DNA of 64,000 nt from the NCBI RefSeq assembly GCF_001194135.2, contig NC_068982.1:129628771-129692770 (forward strand), read 5' to 3'. How positions within the stretch are numbered: the stretch's first letter is position 1; each line of letters opens with the position of its first letter. The position numbers and the translations under genes are program-made. The notes under the pieces were generated by a model. The model did not search any database and was not told where the DNA came from. It worked only from the letters and a program-made list of their open reading frames with translations. Positions 60,801 to 64,000 of this stretch are shown here, in pieces. The stretch is from Octopus bimaculoides (taxonomy: Eukaryota).

Positions 60801-63222
60801 TCAATCTCCCACATCACCATCGTTGTATCTCTCTTGCACATTACGATGTCTGAATAATGAAGGATTGCCCAAACCTGCTGTTATCTTATATGCTCCTCAG
60901 CACTTAATATCTTACTCTTTCAACAGTTAACTCATCGACTTGCATCACACTTTCTTATCACTGACTATTTCTACAACTATCCATCACTTGCTCTGTCTGT
61001 TCAGTCATCTTATCTACCTGTATCTCTCACACACTTCTCCACCTCAGCAAACATAGTTACTGTTTGTGTCCCTCTGCTATTACCATCTCCCTCAGTATAT
61101 CCTGCTAATATTTTCTAAAGCATAATCTCTCCCATTTCTTCCTCTCCCTCTGCTCTATTCCTGGTTCCTCCTCATATTTTCTCAATCAAGTTAATCTTCT
61201 GCAATTGTCCTCTTCTATTCATTCTGTTGAGATTGAAAAGTGAACACACAGGGTTGAGAGGAGTCTTTAGTTTTGTGTCTTGTCAATAACAAACTCTAGT
61301 ACTGGTGACATGATCAAATACACCTAGCACTCCATGGTGAATCATACCTGAGGAGGGTCAACAGCTGTTCAGAGTTGAAATGTTTTCTAAACAGGAAATG
61401 TAGGTCTTCAGGATGCAGTTTGAGTGCTATTATGTGAGAGAGGTCTCAGATTGTAAAGCTTAGAATTTATAGTGGCTTTGAGGGTTTTAATTGCATGCTG
61501 TCAAAGACTAGAGAGGGTGAGGTACAATTATTTCCTTGGCATAAGTTGTTTTGGGGCTGTTGGAAAGCAATTAGATCATTGTGCTTGTTTTAGAGTAAGT
61601 TGTCGAAATCTGTTCATTGAAACAATGCAAGTTTAGTATGAAGATTGTAGGAGATAGCAAATCATCATTTAACATCACAATTCCATACTGGCATGGATTG
61701 GATGGCTCAACAAGATCTGCCTAATTTGTGAACAGTGTTGGTCTCTAATGTGTGCTTTGATAAGGTTTCTGAGGCTGAATGCCCTTCTTAACACAACTAT
61801 GCTACAGAGTGTACTGGGTGTTTTTTTTCTTCTTTGTACTAGCAGTCATGGGATCACCAAATAACTCACAAGACCAGACCCTTTTCACAGAGTGGGAGTG
61901 CAGTATTGAGGGAGGTGGCTTTGTGTCAGATGTTGAGAAACTAAAGTATGACAGAGGAACAGGAAGAGGTGTCTTGCTGTAGAGGAGATACATGGCTATC
62001 CCAGAAGGTAAGGGAGAAAAAAAAGTGGAGATGAGGTATTAGGGAGTTACCTCGAGGGGTGGGTGGGAGAAGGTGGATAGAGACAGAACAGATGCAGAGA
62101 ATTGAATCAAGGATGGCTTGGAATGTGGGTAGGTTTACAAGAGTGTAAAAGGAGAGTGACAGGTAGCAAAGATGGAGGAAAAAGTGAAAGCAATGAAATG
62201 GAGGCATGGAGTTACAGTTTAGGTGAATGTAAGAAAAATGGAAGTAGATCATCGAGGAGGAAATGGTAGGGGTAACACTTTAAAGAAAAAAGAAAAGGGT
62301 TAGAACAGCAGTTCCAGAAAGTAGTAAATAGGAAGATGAGGTGAAGAGAGAAGATGTACATTGACAGAGAAAAAGATACATACAGGTGGATATAGCGAGT
62401 TACAAAAAGGAACATAGATGGCAGGTGAGAGTATATTCAAGGAGCATGTAGTGGACATATAGTGGATACTTGTGTGTGAGATGCAAGGAAGAGGAGGTGA
62501 TGTGTGGTATTGACTGCATTAAAAGTAAGCATTGTTACAGTTGACAGCAAGTTGTTTGTTAATGTATTAAATGAAGAGTGTAGGGTATGAACCATGTAGT
62601 AAAAGTAACCTATCCAACAAAAGAACATTCAAAAGAAAAATCAACATGAAATAGGGGAAGAATGTTAGATTAGACAACTATGTGACTGCCATAATAATAC
62701 TGACTGCCTAATTTATAGAAGCTGTTCAAAGAAAGAGTATCTAACCATACAAAACACCATCAAATCAAAAATGGAGTTTGGAAATATTTCATTTATCCAG
62801 ATAGGTACTTATCAGCTGTTCAACACATGTAAACATACATTTTCACACAATGGACATAGGCAAAAATAAATATTATAAGAATCTATATTGTATTTCTAAA
62901 TGATATAAGCTTGAGGTTTTTAATTCTTTTTCCATTAAATTTTTTAAAAGAGTTGTTTCTCATATAAAAAAAAGTCAATCATACTGATGTAACACACATT
63001 ATATAAAATAATTTGTCAAAGTAGTAGATTATCATCTATTTGGAAAATTAAAACCATTACTTACTTTTTGCATTCTTAAAGCTGTCATGTAAAGCAGCAG
63101 GATTGTCAATGATACTCTTGTAAATGCCAGGAATCTCATCCATTTCAGTGGGACTAAATCCAGGAACAAAAAAGTTGTTGTCTTTGGCCACAGATTGAAC
63201 TTCACCAAGAAATTCATGCACT
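984..63222 (-). CDS. ABCA2: ABCA-subfamily full transporter, ABCA2-like; internal 40 exons of a gene extending beyond both window edges
   Basis: 40 GT-AG bounded exons splice into one open frame (6451 nt). NBD1 has Walker [10 protein letters not shown], signature LSGGMQRK, Walker B VILDEPT and H-loop STHHMDEA; NBD2 has Walker [10 protein letters not shown] and Q-loop GYCPQFD. The motifs [27 protein letters not shown] and RLHRYG are ones I recall from ABCA2 rather than ABCA1/3/4. Confidence 0.93.
2200..2570 (-). mobile_element. tRNA-derived SINE with CORE-like block and internal (CA)/(GACA) microsatellite, internally deleted
   Basis: Same sequence as the more intact copy at 50057-50452. Confidence 0.8.
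2666..2772 (-). CDS. ABCA2: exon 39, NBD2 Walker A ([22 protein letters not shown]...RF)
   Basis: tcttgtag acceptor, gtaaaa donor, 107 nt, phase 0/2. Confidence 0.96.
2883..3179 (-). mobile_element. RTE LINE 3' end ((GAT)n tail, GGAAGGGCATCC block, hairpin units) running into an assembly gap
   Basis: Near-identical to 18525-18790 and 38065-38280. Confidence 0.88.
3421..4155 (+). mobile_element. RTE LINE fragment: PHD-like finger plus post-RT ORF, joined to the (GAT)n 3' tail
   Basis: Translates as WPCLICRKG..., [41 protein letters not shown] with stops. Confidence 0.88.
4180..4275 (-). mobile_element. short RTE 3' tail copy
   Basis: catcatcatttaacgtctgctttctatgctagcatgg...accagatggctacaccagactcc. 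Confidence 0.8.
4418..4489 (-). CDS. ABCA2: exon 38 ([24 protein letters not shown])
   Basis: ttttgttttag acceptor, gtaaat donor, 72 nt, phase 0/0. Confidence 0.94.
5166..5286 (-). CDS. ABCA2: exon 37 (PSDVANK...[13 protein letters not shown]...NLTK)
   Basis: ctttttaag acceptor, gtagtg donor, 121 nt, phase 2/0; EDxDVxxER motif. Confidence 0.94.
7479..7611 (-). CDS. ABCA2: exon 36 ([12 protein letters not shown]...CEYRFFIKS)
   Basis: tattttcag acceptor, gtaatt donor, 133 nt, phase 1/2. Confidence 0.95.
8098..8570 (+). mobile_element. head-to-tail chain of tRNA-derived SINEs (two copies and a stub) with a Nin/Deu-like central domain and (ATT)n linkers
   Basis: A-box-like gagctggcagaa, B-box-like gagttcaaattc, gcctttcatcc...gataaattaagtacca block, attattatt tails. 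Confidence 0.8.
9016..9139 (-). CDS. ABCA2: exon 35 (DLKRIH...[14 protein letters not shown]...FKT)
   Basis: tttttttccag acceptor, gtaaat donor, 124 nt, phase 0/1. Confidence 0.95.
9694..9841 (-). CDS. ABCA2: exon 34, TMD2 ([12 protein letters not shown]...SYDK)
   Basis: ttcttttgcag acceptor, gtttgc donor, 148 nt, phase 2/0. Confidence 0.95.
10420..10925. repeat. CA-rich minisatellite with a recurring AGTCTCATACAGTTAC core
   Basis: About 11 degenerate cores at irregular 20-35 nt spacing. Confidence 0.85.
11818..11933 (-). CDS. ABCA2: exon 33, TMD2 ([10 protein letters not shown]...LFLLY)
   Basis: ttttcag acceptor, gtaggt donor, 116 nt, phase 0/2. Confidence 0.95.
12281..12455 (-). CDS. ABCA2: exon 32, TMD2 ([11 protein letters not shown]...[10 protein letters not shown]...VWDM)
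   Basis: aacag acceptor, gtatgt donor, 175 nt, phase 2/0. Confidence 0.96.
12741..12801 (-). CDS. ABCA2: exon 31 ([19 protein letters not shown])
   Basis: tcttttggtag acceptor, gtaagc donor, 61 nt, phase 1/2; GIT..NHP motif. Confidence 0.94.
14012..14123 (-). CDS. ABCA2: exon 30 ([27 protein letters not shown]...PAAY)
   Basis: ttgttccag acceptor, gtaagt donor, 112 nt, phase 0/1. Confidence 0.95.
14210..14315 (-). CDS. ABCA2: exon 29 (YGGMSFG...RNVAK)
   Basis: cccttttag acceptor, gtattt donor, 106 nt, phase 2/0; followed by an 86-nt intron. Confidence 0.94.
15170..15670 (-). mobile_element. CR1/L2-group LINE 3' fragment with stem-loop and (TTA)n tail
   Basis: Minus strand reads [17 protein letters not shown]...FKTSML (F..R....WN.L motif); tagtgc/gcacta hairpin at about 15202-15219. 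Confidence 0.7.
16648..16846 (-). CDS. ABCA2: exon 28, ECD2 (SWPTQ...[12 protein letters not shown]...YRLH)
   Basis: ttgcttgcag acceptor, gtaagt donor, 199 nt, phase 1/2. Confidence 0.92.
17648..18205 (-). CDS. ABCA2: exon 27, TM7 and ECD2 ([21 protein letters not shown]...[12 protein letters not shown]...KSN)
   Basis: atttttccag acceptor, gtaagt donor, 558 nt, phase 1/1. Confidence 0.95.
18525..19180 (-). mobile_element. RTE LINE 3'UTR with an expanded 8-unit hairpin array
   Basis: Tail and GGAAGGGCATCC block at 18525-18705; hairpin units at 18721, 18788, 18835, 18902, 18962, 19009, 19076, 19124. Confidence 0.9.
19370..19699 (-). CDS. ABCA2: exon 26, low-complexity cytosolic linker; alternative acceptor at 19690
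   Basis: 330 nt (or 321 nt), phase 1/1, open frame 19362..19715, gtatgt donor; not strongly conserved but fits between exons 25 and 27. Confidence 0.8.
20192..20482 (-). CDS. ABCA2: exon 25, regulatory domain 1 (RLPDLKP...[11 protein letters not shown]...CPE)
   Basis: ttttcatttag acceptor, gtaaac donor, 291 nt, phase 1/1; TTLEEVFL motif. Confidence 0.94.
21245..21430 (-). CDS. ABCA2: exon 24, NBD1 H-loop ([20 protein letters not shown]...FDVS)
   Basis: ttatttgcag acceptor, gtattc donor, 186 nt, phase 1/1. Confidence 0.95.
22147..22343 (-). CDS. ABCA2: exon 23, NBD1 signature and Walker B ([10 protein letters not shown]...[12 protein letters not shown])
   Basis: cttccag acceptor, gtaagt donor, 197 nt, phase 2/1. 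Confidence 0.96.
22470..23180 (-). mobile_element. degraded Penelope-like element 3' region (GIY-YIG C-terminus-like)
   Basis: Broken frame [18 protein letters not shown]...KIFQL*S...[10 protein letters not shown] resembles the PLE endonuclease C-terminal end; recognition is from memory. Confidence 0.45.
23185..23710 (+). mobile_element. possible Helentron/DINE-1-like non-autonomous rolling-circle element
   Basis: Starts ctatatagagaaaaat; ends aaaatcggttggacag...cacacagacagacacattacacatttatgtatatagat, a HINE-like ACAG microsatellite and terminus. Confidence 0.4.
23748..23828 (-). CDS. ABCA2: exon 22 ([15 protein letters not shown]...EME)
   Basis: ttaatttcag acceptor, gtatgt donor, 81 nt, phase 2/2. 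Confidence 0.95.
25207..25338 (-). CDS. ABCA2: exon 21, NBD1 Q-loop ([12 protein letters not shown]...[11 protein letters not shown])
   Basis: aattttag acceptor, gtgtgt donor, 132 nt, phase 2/2. Confidence 0.96.
25565..26335. repeat. about 770-nt (GA)-rich homopurine tract with internal duplications and a 10-N gap
   Basis: Seen directly; it produces the spurious Ser/Leu and Glu/Arg ORFs. Confidence 0.95.
26390..26499 (-). CDS. ABCA2: exon 20, NBD1 Walker A (VYKTGKK...[10 protein letters not shown])
   Basis: ttatttctag acceptor, gtgagt donor, 110 nt, phase 0/2. Confidence 0.96.
27639..27709 (-). CDS. ABCA2: exon 19 ([23 protein letters not shown])
   Basis: cttttttcag acceptor, gtataa donor, 71 nt, phase 1/0. 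Confidence 0.93.
28532..28711 (-). CDS. ABCA2: exon 18 ([17 protein letters not shown]...[13 protein letters not shown])
   Basis: aaag acceptor, gtaaga donor, 180 nt, phase 1/1. Confidence 0.93.
28979..29183 (-). CDS. ABCA2: exon 17 ([15 protein letters not shown]...WYIENVHP), TMD1
   Basis: poly-T cag acceptor, gtatgt donor, 205 nt, phase 0/1. Confidence 0.95.
29574..29724 (-). CDS. ABCA2: exon 16 ([16 protein letters not shown]...KSIA), TMD1
   Basis: aattttcag acceptor, gtaagt donor, 151 nt, phase 2/0. Confidence 0.95.
29856..30720 (-). mobile_element. RTE LINE fragment (PHD-like finger, post-RT ORF, internally deleted 3'UTR, (GAT)n tail)
   Basis: ORFs 30291..30551 and 29994..30284; tail at 29856-29880. 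Confidence 0.88.
31404..31594 (-). CDS. ABCA2: exon 15 ([13 protein letters not shown]...ATICF), TMD1
   Basis: aatag acceptor, gtaagt donor, 191 nt, phase 0/2. Confidence 0.95.
31745..32235 (-). mobile_element. RTE LINE fragment with complete C4HC3 finger, fused to the 3' tail
   Basis: Reads [30 protein letters not shown]...CGRC; tail at 31745-31810. Confidence 0.85.
33197..33311 (-). CDS. ABCA2: exon 14 ([11 protein letters not shown]...YEKEQRLKE), TMD1
   Basis: aatttcag acceptor, gtaagt donor, 115 nt, phase 2/0; EKE.RLKE motif. Confidence 0.95.
34110..34213 (-). CDS. ABCA2: exon 13 (DIIERAII...[10 protein letters not shown])
   Basis: tttttgccag acceptor, gtaagt donor, 104 nt, phase 0/2; FPYPCY motif. 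Confidence 0.95.
35113..35288 (-). CDS. ABCA2: exon 12 ([23 protein letters not shown]...FGFVWIQ)
   Basis: tctcttttaag acceptor, gtaagt donor, 176 nt, phase 1/0; LPPH..YKIR and GFVWIQ motifs. Confidence 0.95.
35574..35790 (+). mobile_element. tRNA-derived Nin/Deu-like SINE copy
   Basis: Homologous to 8323-8533. Confidence 0.7.
35844..36105 (-). CDS. ABCA2: exon 11 (IQQDLKRR...IDNAACSW...NVSVFA)
   Basis: tttcatttcag acceptor, gtaagt donor, 262 nt, phase 0/1; ORF 35830..36138. Confidence 0.92.
36291..36590 (-). mobile_element. CORE-type tRNA SINE of a different family
   Basis: Minus strand: B-box-like gagttcaaatccc, then the CORE-like tgttcttgagcaagacactttatttca, then a unique 3' region. Confidence 0.65.
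37005..37395. repeat. G/A-rich low-complexity tract spanning a gap
   Basis: gaggagagtgagaggg units before the gap; (GA)n after it. Confidence 0.85.
38065..38280 (-). mobile_element. RTE 3'UTR copy, well preserved
   Basis: Near-identical to 2883-3080. Confidence 0.88.
38395..38930 (+). mobile_element. RTE 3'UTR copy from the ORF end (gaagacc...caagtgaaat) to the tail, with 3-4 divergent hairpin units
   Basis: tggttggcgttaggaagggcatcc...ttaaacgatgacgatgat. Confidence 0.85.
39545..39880 (+). mobile_element. RTE-BovB-like LINE 3' fragment (second RTE family)
   Basis: [20 protein letters not shown] and the terminal finger [16 protein letters not shown]. Confidence 0.6.
39950..40155 (-). mobile_element. 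RTE ORF end and 3'UTR remnant
   Basis: Homologous to 59340-59530. Confidence 0.7.
40155..40340 (-). mobile_element. CORE-type SINE 5' half ending in (CA)n
   Basis: ctatagtagaagacacttgcccaagg block shared with 50245-50452. Confidence 0.75.
40716..40844 (-). CDS. ABCA2: exon 10 ([22 protein letters not shown]...SIRE)
   Basis: tatttcag acceptor, gtattg donor, 129 nt, phase 0/0; ANxTF..WLNIS matches ABCA2. Confidence 0.92.
41704..41825 (-). CDS. ABCA2: exon 9 ([40 protein letters not shown])
   Basis: ttttacag acceptor, gtagcc donor, 122 nt, phase 1/0; PKVLYAP is the conserved ABCA motif. Confidence 0.92.
42511..42682 (-). CDS. ABCA2: exon 8 ([10 protein letters not shown]...[15 protein letters not shown]...NMNL), ECD1
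   Basis: ttcctattttag acceptor, gtaata donor, 172 nt, phase 0/1; contains the W....Q..ICG motif of ABCA ECD1. Confidence 0.82.
44136..44318 (-). CDS. ABCA2: exon 7 ([14 protein letters not shown]...VLDPP), ECD1
   Basis: tttctgtag acceptor, 183 nt, phase 0/0; the donor gtacac is weak, so the 3' boundary is less certain. Confidence 0.75.
44431..45374 (-). mobile_element. piggyBac-like element, probably non-autonomous, with TTAA sites and perfect 14-bp TIRs; interior partly gap
   Basis: TTAA-CCCTTTCGTTACTA at 44431-44448 and TAGTAACGAAAGGG-TTAA at 45357-45374; acidic N-terminal remnant [11 protein letters not shown] on the minus strand. Confidence 0.85.
47075..47137 (-). CDS. ABCA2: exon 6 ([21 protein letters not shown]), ECD1
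   Basis: tttaattttag acceptor, gtatct donor, 63 nt, phase 0/0. Confidence 0.75.
48401..48571 (+). mobile_element. RTE 3' end, young copy with (GAT)7-8 tail
   Basis: Near-exact reverse complement of 18525-18690. Confidence 0.88.
49501..49602 (-). CDS. ABCA2: exon 5 ([10 protein letters not shown]...EIVNI), ECD1
   Basis: ttcttctgtaccag acceptor, gtaagt donor, 102 nt, phase 0/0. Confidence 0.8.
50057..50452 (-). mobile_element. near full-length tRNA SINE: head, CORE-like block, internal (TA)/(TG) microsatellite, Nin-like block, 3' tail
   Basis: Minus strand: tggctgtgtgg (A box), ggttcagttcc (B box), caccttgggaaagtgtcttctac (CORE-like). Confidence 0.85.
50705..50806 (-). CDS. ABCA2: exon 4 ([14 protein letters not shown]...ITYL), ECD1
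   Basis: tttcattttag acceptor, gtaagt donor, 102 nt, phase 0/0. Confidence 0.8.
51218..51442. mobile_element. hAT (Charlie-type) MITE, 225 bp
   Basis: TIRs TAGTGGTTCCCAAC and GTAGGGAACCACTG; identical 8-bp TSD AAATAGGC at 51210-51217 and 51443-51450. Confidence 0.88.
52929..53270 (-). CDS. ABCA2: exon 3 ([14 protein letters not shown]...AEVLK), ECD1
   Basis: tcatttag acceptor, gtaagt donor, 342 nt, phase 0/0; overlaps ORF 52875..53243. Confidence 0.85.
54812..54933 (-). CDS. ABCA2: exon 2 ([23 protein letters not shown]...VNVKK), ECD1
   Basis: ttttttctctcag acceptor, gtaatt donor, 122 nt, phase 1/0; resembles the ABCA2 FSLDSV..QNLSL region. Confidence 0.85.
56370..56785 (-). mobile_element. 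tandem pair of Nin/Deu-like SINEs joined by (TAA)n
   Basis: ggatgaaaggcaaagt...atttgaac blocks at about 56475 and 56710. Confidence 0.75.
56830..57535 (-). mobile_element. L1/Tx1-clade LINE 3' fragment
   Basis: CCHC knuckle [18 protein letters not shown] at 57372-57319, then [22 protein letters not shown]. Confidence 0.65.
57555..57786 (-). mobile_element. Nin/Deu-like SINE copy
   Basis: ggcaaagtcgacctc...atttgaactc; homologous to 8323-8533. Confidence 0.75.
57829..58370 (+). mobile_element. R4/Dong-clade non-LTR retrotransposon 3' fragment (restriction-like endonuclease) inside a (TAA)n tract
   Basis: [22 protein letters not shown]...IIDIACP...K...[12 protein letters not shown]; stop at 58291-58293; TAA repeats on both sides. 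Confidence 0.85.
58373..58590 (-). mobile_element. Nin/Deu-like SINE copy
   Basis: gaaaggcaaagtcaatcatggcaggatttgaactc. Confidence 0.65.
59205..60210 (-). mobile_element. most complete RTE 3' copy: post-RT ORF to its C-terminus (RGRPMKT...DLWRYA.EKTHQAK*), 42-nt tandem units, 3'UTR, (GAT)n tail
   Basis: ORF 59886..60233 plus manual translation of 59690-59900. Confidence 0.88.
63065..63222 (-). CDS. ABCA2: ABCA2-like exon 1 in window ([18 protein letters not shown]...FKNAK), ECD1
   Basis: tttccag acceptor, gtaagt donor, 158 nt, phase 2/1, open frame joins the next exon. Confidence 0.8.
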
Positions 63223-64000
63223 CTGGAAATAATTATATGGCTTGAAAATTAGGAAGTAATACATTAATTAATAAAATAATTGAGGTTGAAACAATACATC
63301 AGAAAACAGAGTACATTATCCTAAGTGGCATGTTGTGAGTTTTCTAGTATGCTCTAAAATTTAATTTTTTGTCCTGCATAAAAACCATCTTTGGTGCTCA
63401 CTCAATCAATCACAGAGTGTTGAAGGTAGCCAACTGACTCATGTGCCTCCACTCTTGCTGATGGATCACTGATGCCACAAATTGCTTTGGAGATTTGCAC
63501 AGATGAATGTATTTTTGGACTGACCACATCATGTTACACACATAACTTTCTATATATATGTTCAGAATAGTTTTCTTCTCTCAGTCAGCAATTATTAACA
63601 TTATTCATTTGTAATTAGTCAACACCAAATATTATGTATCAAGTTAAATGTTTGTTTGTTTCAGTTGTTATTCTCACAGCTAATAAAGACATTTACATGT
63701 ACATTACGCAATGTTAATAAAACCATGCACTTCGACAATGGCAATGCATACTTCTAAAGTGTATTTTCATTGACCAGCTCAACTCAAACAAGAGACCTTG
63801 CAACAATCCATCGATTCTTAAAGACACCACAAAGCATATCTTCCATCAAGCTGTATGATGATAGAAGATAAAATGTTATTTTTACAGTGTTGTTATGGCT
63901 TACAGTAATGAATGTGGCACTTGCTTAGAGATAAATGGAATGGTCAATATGTTTTGATCATGGACACAACACTGCAGTAGCAGGATATAACCAGCTGATT

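Noticed and set aside
61200-61650. Possible CR1/L2 coding remnant on the minus strand
   Set aside because: Too decayed to give a convincing motif by eye.
1-64000. Nested or antisense protein-coding gene on the + strand
   Set aside because: The + strand ORFs are short, are antisense shadows of exons or repeat-derived, and form no spliceable chain.

Overview
AT-rich animal genomic DNA with five assembly gaps (N runs at 3180-3419, 25810-25819, 37059-37250, 44614-45057, 58913-58922). The repeat families and microsatellite load point to an octopus or other coleoid cephalopod (inference). The window lies inside one minus-strand gene for a full-size ABCA lipid transporter, most like ABCA2. I traced 40 consecutive coding exons (63222 down to 984; 6451 nt, about 2150 codons). 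All have GT-AG introns and compatible phases. They cover most of ECD1, TMD1, NBD1, the regulatory linker, ECD2/TMD2 and the first half of NBD2; the first and last exons lie outside the window. The introns are packed with transposon remnants: an RTE-clade LINE with a PHD-like finger and a (GAT)n tail, at least three tRNA-derived SINE families, CR1-, Tx1-, R4/Dong- and Penelope-like fragments, a piggyBac-like element with intact TIRs and TTAA sites, and an hAT MITE with an 8-bp TSD. The most unusual signal is in the RTE 3' UTR. It carries an expandable array of 47-67 nt units, each built on a GCCAGT-N8-ACTGGC hairpin, forming a 114-nt higher-order repeat at 18721-19143. Nearby inverted copies of this LINE could form long dsRNA in the pre-mRNA. 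I found no CRISPR array, rRNA, true tRNA or nested protein gene. All family assignments come from motif recognition without database searches.
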